DNA of 49,392 bases, counting the filler, from Bipalium vagum (taxonomy: Eukaryota), in assembly GCA_037834085.1 (NCBI GenBank). It is 2 parts of 2 records of this genome, joined end to end, with 100 filler letters (N's around TTAATTAATTAA, not from the genome) between each part and the next. Parts side by side here need not be neighbours in the genome. Positions count along the whole stretch, not along the records: positions 1 to 26,802 come from JBBMKC010129657.1; 1 more part is not named here. One strand, written 5' to 3'. The position numbers and the translations under genes were made by a program. The notes under the pieces are model-generated. The model ran no database searches and was not told the origin of the DNA. It worked only from the letters and a program-made list of their open reading frames with translations. This document shows positions 1 through 14,499 of the stretch, one piece after another (the stretch's first letter is position 1; each line of letters begins with the position of its first letter).

Positions 1-10
1 ATTATTATTA

Positions 11-46
<36 letters not shown>
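1..46. repeat. (ATT)n microsatellite
   Basis: Directly visible ATT run with one interruption. Confidence 0.95.
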
Positions 47-49
<3 letters not shown>

Positions 50-1794
50 TTTCTACATGCATTTTCTTTCAGCTTATTTTTATTTAGATTAATTCTTGAA
101 TTTTATTGCTAAAGAAAATAAGATAATTATTCAAAATTTCTTTTATTTTAATAAATAATTTTTTGATAATTATGTTGCAGGTTGAAATCCATTTTGTTTT
201 ATTAAAGTCAAACGGGTGATTGATTCAAATTTATTTTTTGTCAAATATGTCACTACGCTTTTTAAATTTTCTTCAATATAATTGATGATGCAATTTATTC
301 TTCAACCAGACTTAACAGAATCATTCTGTTATTATTATTTAGAAATGTTTTTCTTTCCTAACTGACAGTATTATATTTCATTATATACTTTGTTTGTTCT
401 TATTTACAACCATTTGAAATATTGAAATTTTTGTTCACGGGAAATATTTCCTTTATATGCTTTATTATTTAATATTTCTTTAGTTAAAAATATCATAAAC
501 AAATCAATTTGTTCTGTTGTTTCTGATGATTGTTTCTGGTGTGATATCGTTTGACAATTCTGTGTTAGAAAATCATTGTCATTGACGATTTCTGTTGAAA
601 AGAGAATTTTCATGATTATTTTTACTCGAGTTTAGTTTTCATTGATTAGTCTCTAATTTTTCGCATGATACTTGAGAAATGTGTTTCCATTTATCTTTTA
701 AAGAAAATTCATTTTAATTACAAAACCCCCCTTCCGTTTTCATTTTCACTTCCTTACATATGTAATATATTGTAATTTTTTCGTCATCCTTTTTAGATTT
801 TTATTAATGCAATTGAGTAAATACATTTTTTTCGAAAAACAATCGTTCAATTGAATGTTGATTCTCGTTTGATATGGATCAGGATGACTTAAAATGAAAT
901 TTTTTTTCAATCACACTTCTTCAGAATGGACGGTAAAGCACAAAGAAAATTTCGGTGAAAAAATTCCCCGTAACAAAAATGCTATTTTTTTCGATTTATC
1001 AAATTCCTTTCTACATTTTAATATCAGTGGTAAATCTAAAACTTGTTACCCATTTGAAAATGACTTGAAATTATCACTATTTTATACAATTAAATACATA
1101 ATTCACTGAATTATTTTAGATTGTACATTTAATTATCGTTTCATTTTTTTTGCCAAATAAGTCATTTATGTTTAAATTATTTCGATAATTGTAATATAAA
1201 ACATTAAGTTTACCTATCCAATATATACAATTCTTCCTTTGAGTGTCATCGTCTTACGTACATATTTAGAAAGAAAGTTGTCTAATCTTTTTTGAATCCA
1301 AGGAAATAGTATGGTGTATATCAATTTGTTTTTATAGATATTTCTCAAAATAAAATCGATGCAAAATATAATTTTTGTTACATTAGTTTAATGTTTCTGT
1401 TCTAGCAAGATTCTATTGGGTTTCATATGGATTTTTAATTATAGTGCTTTATTGACTTATGTTAATATGAATGTATATATCACGACTTTCATTTCTCGAG
1501 TTTTTCTTAGTGTTCATTTTCACTTAAGTACAATCCAGCATTTATATTATCCGTCATTATCTGGAATCAGTTGCTAAAAGGTTGAAATACAGGCTTATAT
1601 TTTCAAATCTCAAAAATTGTTTGAAAGTCTAAGTCTCTGTTTATAAACAATTTTTAAATTACTTACTTTACACTAGCATTCTGCAATTTTATTAATTTAT
1701 TACTATAAATTAATAATACGAATAATAATGTAAAAGAATATCTATAATATAATCCCAATATTAATTACACAATTATTATTTTATAGTGTGTGGC

Positions 1795-3392
1795 GGGGGT
1801 TCGACATATAATGATATTCGTATTTAAATTTCAAAATTTTTAATAAATTGTAAATTGCACTTCAAATGTTTTTAAGTAAAAGAAAATGACTAGAATAAAT
1901 TTGTTTTGAACATTAAAAAAATATATTCACCGTTAGTTTTCCACATGCGATACAATACCAGAATTTACAACTTTACAAAATGTATCCTTGTCAATTTTCT
2001 TCACTGCGATCTTATGTTCGCTGATAAATTTCTTTTTGGATGTTATTCGATCCTACCTGATGCTCCGAACAAAGTAATTCCAAATTCAATTATCCAAAGG
2101 ATTTAAATCGTGTGAATTAGAAGACCAACAATTTTTTGGAACTTCATTCAATTGATTTTCGTCCCGTATGACCCATCGCAACATTATTTTGATATGTCCT
2201 ATTATTCCCAAAAACCGTATTTCCATATTTCTTTGCCACTGGGAGTATTTTTTTTTTAGTATAAATGTCCTGATTAATCGTTTCTTTTTCAATAAATACA
2301 AGTGACTGTAACCTTTGGAACATACAACCAACCAAACCATTAGTCCTTGTGGAAATTTCTGTTTCTGTTTGTTGATGATTTGTTTAAAGATTTTTTATAA
2401 TGAGGTTTATGACATGTTTTTGTATGGTTGATTTTTTTTGTTAATAAAAGTAGGAGGCAGAATGGTTTTATTCTATTATATGTTTTCTTTACAATCCAAC
2501 CCTATGAGATTTTCTTTTTTAAGATTAAGAATATTTTTATTTAGGATTTTAGGATTTTTTTTTTAAAAAAAACTTCTTTTTTTGATCAAACTAAAGAAAA
2601 TGTTTCGTTTTCTTGTTTAATTTATTGGATTCCTTTTTTTATTTTAGTTAGACTTTTATGGTTTTTGTTATGTTGGTAATAAGAAGATTGACTAGATATA
2701 ATTGTGGATCTTTTCGTTATTATCAGCATCAGCACGAGTAATTGCTCATATTTTGTCATTTTGGAAATTTTTTTAGGGAATATTTTTTCGTGTGAGAAAA
2801 GTATCCATTTGGTATTTCCTTTTTTGATTTTGGGCTTCACCCAATTTTAAATTTTAATTCTGTTTTTTAAATGCTTCATGGAAACCAAAGGTTGTTTTCG
2901 GATCTTGTACGTCTTTAACTGTAGATTTTTTAAGATATGGATTAAGCTGATCAAATTGTTATTCCAGTTTTGGTAGCCAATTTTCTTACGGTCACTCTTT
3001 TTTCCCTTTGAACAATCGTTTTACAGTTTGTATCGCTGTTTTGGCTTTTTTTCTGTTGGCTTCTTCAGTTCAATAGAATCATTTACCATGATCATTTTGC
3101 ATCATCGTTTGATGCATGGAAGTTAAAGAACTCCTTCCAATGATTCGTATATTTTCAAGGAGATATTTCCATTTTTCTGCTTGGAAAAACAATATTTTGT
3201 ATTTCCAAAGATTTCATCTCCAAAATTCTTTAAAATTTAAATTTAAAAATAATCTTTTGTTTCCTTATATATGTATTATATTTTGTACTATATGACAAAC
3301 CTTTCAGTTAATCCTCTTTAAATTTTGATAAAGTATAATTATTTGGTTTTACCGGACATAAAAAGGACTTTATCATTATGTGTTAAACACTC
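1795..3392 (-). mobile_element. Decayed Tc1/mariner-superfamily (maT/DD37D-like) DNA transposon with an internal ~330-bp insertion
   Basis: Minus strand from ATG at 3217, across stops and frameshifts: MKSLEIQNIVF...LKTYKIRKQPL...WILFSHEK...NFQNDKI*AITRADADNN [insert ~2371-2703] KQKQKFPQGLMVWLVVCSKG...ILPVAKKYGNTVFGN...WSSNSHDLNPLD. These resemble the maT motifs ILFSDEK, QNDRIWA, KFPQxVMVW and WPPNSPDLNPLD. Degenerate TIRs at 1795-1816 and 3371-3392 match 17/22. Confidence 0.75.
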
Positions 3393-5192
3393 ATTTAATG
3401 TTTTTAAAGTTTAAATAATGATGAAAATTTTTATTAATTTTAATAATATTATTTTATATTTCTTAATTCTTTCTTTTATTCAGAATTATTTATGTTGAAT
3501 AAATAAAATTTTAAAATGTTGTTTGTGTTCGATTGTCTGATTCTGGTTTCTTTCATATTTAAATGCACATTTTGACATTTAAGCATTTAAACAAAAAATA
3601 TTATATTTAAACTGCTTTTTAATATCTAATGAATACATATGAACAGCATTTCGAAAATGATAATTAATAAAGATTTCTTTAATTAGTCGGCCTAAGAATC
3701 ATTTTTTAAACTAATTTGATGGTGTTCATATATAAATTATATCAAATCTGTGATGTAAAGATTCATTAATATTTATTGTTCCAGCTATTATCAAGTTAAT
3801 GAGAGTTAATCTGGCTTTTAGGCTTTAGAGAAAATTAGTTTGATTATGAAAATATATTTATTTTATTTTTTTGATAGATATAGTGATTTCAGACATTTCA
3901 TTTTTTTTGTCTTTTTAAAATTTTTAATTATTTTCACTTCTTTCTATTAACTTATATATCAAGCTCTTGATTTTACTCCTATTATTGACTGAGGTTAATT
4001 AGAAAAAAAGTCATCTCTGTTTTCAAAAAGCTGTGATCTATGATTGATAAAATGTTTTTGGTATATATTTTAAATAAATTCATTTTAAAATATTTTATAA
4101 AAATATATACTTAGATATTTTTTATCTTTAATTTTATAATGTTAAACACTTCCTAATATTTTTGTGGGATATTCAGAAATTTATTAATTTTCCCACGAAA
4201 ATCTACTTTCCCGTATATTATTTTAACAAAAGCTACAAATTAAAACTTTTAACAACGGTTGTTTTTTAATTTAATATTAATTAATGTGGTCAAAATATTT
4301 TATAAAATGTCTTTCATTTTGTATATATTTAAGTTTCATTTTAATGCAAAATATTTTTTTCAAATTTAAAAAGTATTTAATTTTCTCTGAGAAGATAACA
4401 ACCAATTATTTAAACTTAATTCGATATTAATCATGTTTAGTTAATTAATTTTTTAAAGAGAGTTTCCTAAATTTTTAAGTCTCTATTATTGCTTGTTTCA
4501 AAAAAGCTTCGAAAATTGATTAATCGGTGAATCAAAAATAATAAAAATTATATTAAATTTAAGATTTTCTTTTCAATTGGTATTTCATTTTTTGATTAAA
4601 AAAAAGTTGAATGAAAAATAACTATTTTAATTTCTTATAATTATATTTCTGTGAAGTTAAATATTTTAATTCTTATTAATATATATTTCTTTTTCTTTTG
4701 AAAATTCACATGTTAATTTTTCCTTTCACAATATCTGTTCAATTAAAAAGAAACATTTTATTAAAATAGTAAAAATTATTTTTTATTATTATGAATATGT
4801 TTATAATAAAGTTTATTTATTTTTAAAAAATCCGGAAACTTATTCACACACCGAATAGTTCTCCCCATTTTTCAGTTGATTTTTAAATTATTTTAATTAA
4901 AACCTTCGTATATTGATCAAAAGTTTTCCCGTTAAATTTTAAGAATCAGGAATCTGTTGATTATAATGTATTGAAATTAATCCTTCATTACCTCTTGAAA
5001 AATGTCCAAAGTTATTTGATTTTTTGATAAATTAAAAAGATGTTTCTTCTTTAATGAAAGGCGAGACTAAAAAAATCATTAAAAAACTGTAAAATTTACT
5101 TTTAAATATTTTTAGCAGATATTGTATGTCATTTTAGTACTATTTAAATGAGATTGGTCTTTTTAAATTATTGATTTATTTGTACTTTTTAG

Positions 5193-5295
5193 CATTGACG
5201 ATCAAATTCTTTCCGTAAATGGAATCAACATGACTTATTTGACACACGAAACGGCGGTTTCTGTTTTGAAAGAAGCAGGAGATGAATTGCATTTA
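5193..5295 (+). CDS. dlg1: Discs-large family protein, exon encoding the C-terminal half of PDZ1
   Basis: tttttag|C ATT GAC... translates to IDDQILSVNGINMTYLTHETAVSVLKEAGDELHL, followed by a gtaag donor. Joins in phase 0 to VIQR at 11723. The upstream PDZ1 exon was not found in the window. Confidence 0.85.
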
Positions 5296-7443
5296 GTAAG
5301 AGTTTTCAGATGTTATTTGTACCAACCAATGACAAGTTTACCAAATAAAATTAATTAACCTTTGTGGTAAAAATTTATTTTATTAGGTTGTATTAAAAAT
5401 AATAAAAATTATAATAATATACTTTTCATGATTTTATTATTTTGTTTTTGTTTTACGGTATCATATTTATTTAATGTCAGATACATTTATTTAAAAATCT
5501 TTTTCTACACTACAAGATCAAAATAACTTTTATATAATTTCTTTTTTGAAAATTTTGAAATGCATTGACAAATTGATCAAAAACACCTTCTGCTGCATAT
5601 TAATATTTTATTTAAATGAAGTCAAAAAGTTTTAGAAGCGATCCAGGATATTTGTTCTTTTTTTACACTGACGTGAAATTCAATAAATATGTACTTGTAA
5701 TACTTAATTAATATATTGAATTTTAAAATTTGATTTATTTATATTTTTTATAATTTCCCTTATGAAATTAATAAAATCATTAAAAAACAGAATTATCTAC
5801 TATTAACTTAATGAAAATAAAAGTTAATGAAACAAACTGAGTGCATATATTAACTTTGTATTTGATTTGCTTGTAGAGAAACTGTCTTTCTAAATGAGAC
5901 AGTCACTGATTCCACGCCCTTTTTATAATAATAGTAATATTAATATTAACATGTGTTTTAATTATTTAATGTTAATTTATTACTTTTTTGCAGTTTAGTA
6001 GTAATATTGCACTTTCAAATAAAAATTAATTGTTTATATCCATGTATTCAGGATGTAAAATTATTTTTAGTTCCAATTTATTAATAAATATTTTTACTAG
6101 GTTTAGTTCTGAATTACAATTTAATTTAATCAAGATTCTATCTATGTTATCTACTGGCTTTTTATGTACAAATTATGAAAGAAATAGAATACTAAGCTGA
6201 CAAATTATAAAAAATGCATATCAATATTGTTGATTATCTGTGAAATGTTAACTTAGAATTAATGAAATCATGACTTACATTCACTGAAAACTTAAAATTT
6301 TAAGTTGAAGTCAAATTGAAATTATGAATGAAAAAAAGATTCGTAAAATGAAATTAAACACATTTTTTTCACATATAAAAAGTATACTTTTTTCATTATA
6401 TCCATTTCAATTTTAATAATTCTAAGATTATATTAATTGGAATGTAGAGAAATGTAATACAGTTGGATGAATCATCTTTTATATTATCGTGTGATCTGGA
6501 GACTTCCAAAAATAATGTTATTGTAAAACATATATAACAGGAGTAGTGAAACGAGTAAAAACTTACGAAAATCTTTTTTGCTGCACATTTTGTTGGAAGG
6601 TTATAAAGTCATGTCGCACTTTGGCATACCGTAATTGAAAATTGAGAATTACCAACAAAATATTAAGATGATTTTGTACTAAATTTAAATATAATGTTAA
6701 ATATATTTTGTATATATTTGTAAAAGTTATTAATATTAGAAAAATTATTTAGATTCAATGACAAAGTTCATTATTTACATAATTTTTTTAATATAAAATT
6801 CATTTAAACGACGAGCGACATTACTTAAATAAATTGCACGCAGAATTCTATTTTGTATTAAAAATCGCTTTTACAATATACAAATCAAAGAGAATGAGAA
6901 ATTTTTGTTTTATTTGATTAATGTGTTAATTAATATTATTAAATTTTTTTTTTGATTTCTATTTCAGTTTCAAAATTATTAATAAATAGATGAATTATTG
7001 CCATTAACATGACGCGTATGCCAAAAATAGTTTTTGCTTTTGTTTTGTTTAATCGAAAAATACCCTTAACCAATTGTTAGATAATATTACAGCAAAACAA
7101 AAAATTTCATACAATTGTAGAAAATGAAACATGTAATAGACATATTTGCTTCCTTATCACACTTACTAAATCTAATATAAATATAAATCTAAAATTCGTT
7201 GTCAAACCGTCGAAATAACAATCCACTTTTGAAACAATTAGATACTGATGATGAGAATCGCTTATTTATGACAGCAACGTGTTTGAGTAATCATTGAGAT
7301 ATAATCCAGACTAAAATTAAGCATCAGGAAAAACAGATTAACATGAACAAAAGTAACTTTAAAGATGTAATAAATGGTAAGTGAACGTGTCCATTAGTAG
7401 AGCCCAAATTTCTATACATGATTTATCGTTCGTCATGATATTA

Positions 7444-8369
7444 TTAGATTGGGGCATAAGTTCTGCAGCTCTTACAAAATATTAGAATATGAGTAATGTA
7501 TTAAATCTAATCAATACATTAATACAGTAATAATATTTGAGTACTGCTTGTTTAAATATTCTTAATTCATTAACGCAATTTTTAAAAATTCATGTGATAA
7601 AAGTAAACCATTTAATAAAATAATATTAATAAATAAATAATTTTAGATGACTTTGAATAGAAATGAATTGCAAATTCTTATTCGCTATTGTTGTAAATGC
7701 GGACTTTCTACTAGGGAAGCTGCAAAAGAAATATATGATGCTGAAGGTAAAGGGAACGTCCACGATACAACTGTATCTCGTTGGCACAAAATTTTCAAAA
7801 AACTGGTGACCTTAGTTTTGAAGAAAAACTTCGTTGTGATCGACCATTGCAGCTTAATAATGACGATTTGCTTAGCAATCTTTATTGTGATAGTAGTGAT
7901 TTGGGACCAATGCTTAATGTGGATCAAAAAACAGTGTTGAAGCACTTGTATCAACTCAATTATGTCTATAAGATCCACGTGAGCTGACAGAAGTACAAGC
8001 CAATCGACGCGTTGAAATTTGTCGCCACTCACTACAGAATCCCATGGACAATCGATTCTGGAAATGCTTTATCTCATGTGATTAAAAATTGATTTACTTA
8101 ATAAATCCAAACAAACAAAGGCAATGGGTTCCAAGAAGTAAAACTCGGTTCGGTAAGAATAACTAAGTCGAATTTTGGAAAAGCTTAAACAAAAATATCC
8201 CATTATGGTTTGTCGACAAAGGGTTCTGTTCCCCCATGATAATGCAAAACATCACACAGCAAAGAAAGCGCTGAACAAGTTCACGGAAATCGATGGGATC
8301 AAAGCTCTTCCGCTTTCACCTTACACTCCCGATGCCGCACCATCTGACATTGTCATATGCGTGGTGTGA
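7444..8369 (+). mobile_element. Decayed mariner element, internally deleted and 3'-truncated
   Basis: TA followed by TIR-like ttagattggggcataagttc at 7444. HTH region MTLNRNELQILIRYC...VSRW...TGDLSFEE, then PRELTEVQANRRVEIC, ISCD*KLIY and HDNAKHH...SPYTPDAAPSD. Confidence 0.88.
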
Positions 8370-9017
8370 ATAACATCATTATTAATATTGTTCAAAATGA
8401 ATTTTTAATATTTTCAGTAATATTATGAAATTACTAACAGTAAAAATAAATGTTACATGTAACTTAAATCTGTAAATAATTACACAATGCTTTAACAGTA
8501 AGAGAAATTTATAAATGTAATTAATTTTTATTTACTTATATAAATTTTTGCTATAATATAACGTGTATTTTTATATTTATTAAATTCCAAATGTTAAATA
8601 TATTTAAATTAAATGAACATAACATGAATAAAATTTTATTTTTATCCGATCATCAATCACATATTTAAAATTTCTGTTGTTCATAATATGAATAATAAAT
8701 TATTCTAAAAAATTATAAAACTAAATCATCTTTCATATATATATATTTAAAATATCAGGATTTTCTTTCATGTTTCAATTTAATTTTTGAAGAAAGATTA
8801 TATTTTATTAATTAATTATGGAAATTAAACTTTTATTAATTGTCTTCGTTGTTTCATTTTCGCACAAGAAAAAAAGAATAGCTTAATGAATTATAAATGT
8901 TATAATTTAATATTTGTAGTTATTATTTATAAAATGATACACTGTACCGCTGAAAACAATTTATTTTTCTTAATCAGTCTATTGTCAAACCATTACTCCA
9001 CATACTTCACAAAATTA

Positions 9018-9020
<3 letters not shown>

Positions 9021-9048
<28 letters not shown>
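9021..9048. repeat. (AT)n microsatellite
   Basis: Directly visible. Confidence 0.95.
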
Positions 9049-9052
<4 letters not shown>

Positions 9053-11722
9053 TTATTTATTTAATTTCAAATTATGTTCAATGATAATTTATTTATTTAT
9101 GTATTTGTGATATGAAAACCTAAAATCATTTAGAGATTTTTTCAACTGTTTGCAAAATGTTTATATTTATATTTTGTTGGTTTTAAACAAACAATTCTCT
9201 ATTCACGTTAAAAAATGTTCTTCAGATAAATTCTCTGATTTGTGCACCCATAAAAGTTGTATACAAACATTTTTAATTAACATTTTTCTCACAACATATG
9301 ATACCAGTCATTAAAACGTTCATAGCCTTCGAAAATAATAAAAATGGAAATTTTATTTTTCATTGTTTTATAAAGTAAATTGAGAAATGCGAAAATTCTA
9401 AATACAAATTAATAAAATAAGACTTATTATTTTAATTAATTTTAGTTACAAAGCGTTAAAGAATGAATAATAAATATTTCTATTGAAAGAAATTTCAATA
9501 ATTATTCATTTATTCATTCAATTAAAAAAGAAAGTTTTATAATAATGAAGTAAATTTATAACATCAAAATATTAATTATAACGAGTCACTACAATGCTGA
9601 CAGCAAAAAACAATGGCTGTATCAGGTCAAATATCAAAACCTATGCCAAAGTGGGACAGGTTCTCTGAAGTTTTTATTCAAACCCATCCAGACTATTACA
9701 TTAAAAAACTTCAGTTTTATCTTTAATAATTTTAATATTAAAATCCTTGATTTAAAATATTTTATCACTTTTTTAGAAACTCTTTCCTTATTTTTAATAA
9801 TTATATTTTAAATAATTGTTATAAATTAAAGGATTAAACCGAAATTTCGTTTGTTTTTATTTTTCCTTTTACAATTTAAGGTGATATTTCTTCTTAAGAC
9901 TATGAATTTATTATAGTCTTAACTCAAAAAACGGCAATACAGAACAAAGCGGATTTACCGAGAAAGTTAAAAACGGTTATTCAATTCCAAAAAATTGGAT
10001 ATATTTTTCATTATGATACTTTTGTCTTAAATATTGACATAAAAAACAATAGGTTTTAAAATAGATAATAACATGGTAAAAATTACTAGGCTCAAGATAT
10101 CATCTTAAAACGAGATTCTCCAATTTTCTAACCTAAACCAGGTTTAATCATAAATATGTTCAACTTTCAGATTGGAGGGATTAAAAAGATATAATCTACA
10201 TGTGATTATTCACATGTATTATGATTATTTTATTGAATGTTTTAATATTTTATCAAGATAAGCATTCCTACGGGTTGGTATTATATTTTATCTAGGAGAT
10301 TGAACAAATAAATTATGTATAAAATCCAGGTTTTTATTTTATAGCCATGCTTTAATATATGAAATTTTTTCTGGAAAGATATCCTTTTTTGTACCCATTC
10401 CAAAATTTTTAATTGTTAAAATACGCGCGTAAACAATTGTTTTTAAAAGCAATTAATATAAATAACTATAGTATTTTAATTTTCATGTATTAAAAACTAT
10501 TTCTTTACTTTTTTGTTCTTTCAAAACCTGTTATTTTATTGAAAACAGATAAATATAAAATACCATCCGATCTATTTTTAAGACTCGTGTCGATTAAAAA
10601 CTTCTTATGACTGTATGTATATTTAACTTTATATTCAAAGATATATTTTCATATTTTTAAAATTGTCGAAAAGTTGTATCAACAAAATTTCTATAAATCT
10701 CTTACTTTCCATTCCAAAACCATCTCTGAAATTTAAAATTTATCAAAAAAATATTTTATTCAGAATAATTTGGCAACCTATTGTAAATTAGTTGATTAAA
10801 ATCAATTAAATCCATTTAATTTATAAGTTAAATTATAATCTCTGTTACACTTAAGGGAACCTTCCGAAATAAGACCCAAATTTATAAATAAATTTTTAAC
10901 AAGTGCTGTTCAAAAATAGTTTCGACAGTAAAAAACTTAATTTATTATACTTTATTTATATTTGTAATATTATTTTGATACGTTTGATTATTTTTTAGAT
11001 CAGCACCAGTCAAAATTCATTTAAATTAAAACAATATTTCTAAATGTTTATTTCTTTAATTAATTTTATTTTTCAACTGCAAATTTGATGTTTAGATGAA
11101 GATTATACATGTATTTCTCATTGAATATTACCAATGTAACAAAATAGTTAAAAGATTTTCGAAATTCATGTCATTTTTATTTTTTAACAATTCGAATTAG
11201 ACTTACTTTGTTAATTTTATTTTACAACTTCATGAAATTAAACTCATTTGTAACCCTTTATTGTTTTAATATTTATTTAAAATTATTTGACGTCAAGCTT
11301 CAATTATGTCAATTTACTTTTAACTATCAACAACATTTACCAATAAAAAGGACAAACAATCACTATAAAAATGAATATATTTGTGGCCAAAATTTTATTT
11401 GCAATTTATTATTTGGGAAATGCTTAATGGAATTAACATTGTTCAGTTTTTGTAACATTAAACATTATCAACTCGTATATTATATATTACATTATAAACT
11501 ATTTCTGCTTGAGTTGATAATAATAATGAATTATAAGACTTTTAAATTAATTTTATTACCTTTTATATCAAAACTCTTTCTTATTATTTAAATTTTATCT
11601 GTAAACATTTTTTTATTTAATACAAATTATAAATTTTAATGTCGAATTTTATTTATCAATTTTTAAATCTCACAATTTTCGTATAAAAAATTTAGAAATT
11701 TACTATTTATTGATTTTCATAG

Positions 11723-12100
11723 GTGATTCAGCGTGATCCTACTCTTAAACATAAAATGACAGGTATGGGTTACATGAGACGCAGAAAAGCCTCTCTTACA
11801 GGATCAACAATGTCTGATAGTAGATTGGATTCGCAAGTTGAAAAATCTAGTTGTCAAATGTCTCCTGATCAAACAAAGACTAGCTCTCACAACTCAGTTT
11901 GGGTAACCTCATCAAAAACTTCTTCTGTGCCATCAAATATAAGTCAGAGTATTAAATCGTCAAATTCTTCTTTTGTGTCTTTAAAATCCAGAATTGTGAA
12001 TTTAACACTTGTCAAAGGTGAGCGTGGTTTAGGATTTAGTATAGGTGGAGGTAAAGGGAATGAGCATTACATCGGTGATCCAGGCATCTATATAACAAAG
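11723..12100 (+). CDS. dlg1: Dlg exon: end of PDZ1, long Ser-rich linker, N-terminal half of PDZ2
   Basis: ttttcatag|GTG...AAG|gtaatt, 378 nt. [36 protein letters not shown] resembles Dlg PDZ2 ([25 protein letters not shown]). Confidence 0.92.
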
Positions 12101-12400
12101 GTAATTTGATTAATTTCTCATTTTGATTAATCTGATAACATAATCTTATCAATCCCTGTGTGTGGCCTAATAAGCACATAATTCTAAAAGTTCAAAAAAT
12201 AAAGGATTAAAATCAGTTGTTTCTAGTTAATTTTAAAATATTTGTATTATTTTTTATTATTATTATTATTGTTATTAGTCTTCAAAAATAAATTCATGAC
12301 ACAACGGAAAATATTTTTAAATGGTTTAGTTTTTCTTGCCTTATTTCCTTTTAAAAGTTTGAATGAAAACTTCTTTCTATACTTTGTCTTTTGCTATTAG

Positions 12401-12680
12401 ATCATAGAAAATGGACCTGCAGCATCATCTGGATTAATTGCAGAAGGCGATAAACTTGTGCAAGTCAACGACTTCTTTCTTTCTGATGTAACTCATGAAG
12501 AAGCAGTGCAAATTTTATCCAATACCGGTTCATCTGTAGAATTAAAAGTTCTCAAACCATGTAAAATGTCAAATAATTTTATCGAACAATATGAAGATGC
12601 ACTCAGTAACTGTCAAAGTATTAAAGATTTGTCAGACTCCATATCAAATAATAACAGTCCAGTAAAGACAAACAATTCCG
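12401..12680 (+). CDS. dlg1: Dlg exon: C-terminal half of PDZ2 plus linker
   Basis: gctattag|ATC...G|gtaaaa. Translates to IIENGPAASSGLIAEGDKLVQVNDFFLSDVTHEEAVQILSNTGSSVELKVLKP...; ends in phase 1. Confidence 0.92.
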
Positions 12681-14499
12681 GTAAAATAGATTTGCACTTA
12701 TTATTTATTTTAGTTTCAGTTATTGTTTATTATTATTTTTATTATTTTTCCGATCATCACATAAATATCCTATAATTACTTAATTTTAAAATATTTTTAA
12801 ATGATCAATAACAATCTAACAACACAGTGTAGACAATCTAAATGAAATTTACAATAATTAATTAATTAATACTTTATATTTATATAATGAAAATGTTGAT
12901 ATTAAAAATGAATAAGCTGAACAAGGTTTCTTCTTAATTCTTCAAATTTAGAATATCAAAACAATAATTTCTTTTACTTATAAAATTGATTTAACTAAAA
13001 CCTTTTTTGTTTATTTTCCGTTTTGATTGATCTGCCATTGGAATTTTTTATGTTTGTTTTGAAATTATCGTTGAAAACTGATGTTTTGCTATGCATTTTT
13101 TACATTTATTTATTTATCACCATGCTTTATCAAAATTACGTTGAGAATTGTATCCAAAATTCTGCAGACTATTCAAAGAAATTGAGCAGATTATAAATTT
13201 AGAAAATACGAAACATTAAAATATATATTTGATATATATTTTTTTATTTGTCAACTGTAATCTTTTCTTGTCTGACAGTAAAAGCATAAATGATCGGCTC
13301 TGTAAGGCCTTTCATCAGTTGAAAAAACCTAAAGGCCTCTCATTAATGACATCATTTTTTCATAGATGCCGTTTCGACATAAAGATAAAACATTGTTATA
13401 TTTTATAAGTCGAGAAAAGCGAAGATATCTCCTCATCAATATGGAGTCTGTGAGAGACTGTTTCACTGTTTCCTTAAATCAATTCTCTGGAAGACTAAAA
13501 ATCATTTCATTTCTCAAATGAAGACATGTTAAATCATATTATATCTGAAAAACCAAGTTTAATTTCGCTGCATCAAAATTATCACTTTTTAACATTATTT
13601 ATTATCTGTCAATTTTAATTATTTTATTTTTTCTTAATTGATAAATAAAGAAGTATTTCCAAGGATGATGAATATTCGTTGTCACAGATCAGTCTCATCA
13701 CTTCTTCACTCCATCTCTTATGAAAAATTTCCATTTTATTTAAGACCTGAGATATTTAGAATAAAAAAGGAAAAATTTCTAATTTTTAATATTCAAAGTA
13801 TTAAATGGATAGCAAGTTTAAAGGAATCAGAGTTTGTTTATTTTTAAATAATAAGCAGTAGAAACGAAATGATATTTTCATTAAGTTTTTAAAAAATCAT
13901 CATATAACAGACATTAAATTTAAAATTATTAATATTTTATTTATTTTTTAATATTATTTTTAATAAAAACGAAACACGCTAAACTGTGATTTTACTTCAT
14001 ATCATAAATTACATGATACGTTTACCACCCCCTAATTGCCTTATATAACTGTGTTTCTATCACTGAAAGGCAATAGAAAATAAAATAACACTGAATATGT
14101 TTCATAATTAAAGATACATGACATAGATCAATGATTACTTACACGATCACTTCAATGAAATGAAATTATTCAGTGAGTCTTAATGGATATGAAATAATTA
14201 CTGTAATTGAATTCGATTTGATCATTTTAAAATTATTTACTTTAATTAATTGAAGCAAATTTACTTAAATTTTAATTGAAGCTTACGAAAATGAAAAAAA
14301 TTCAATACCACATTATGTCATTTATTTTCGGAAAGATCGCAATATTCATAACTGCTTACATTTAACCTCATAATAAGCACATATTTATATTTAACCTCAT
14401 GCAATACATCCTCCCCAGTTTCGATGATGATCTTCCAAGGGAATCAGAAACGGTAACCAGAACTAATTATAATGATCATTTAAAAACTTAAATTTGTGT

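Noticed and set aside
404-1109. Short ORFs 404-613 and 894-1109
   Set aside because: No recognisable motifs; composition matches AT-rich noncoding background.
11208-11591. 127-aa F/L/I/Y-rich ORF
   Set aside because: Chance ORF in an AT-rich Dlg intron; not needed for phase continuity.
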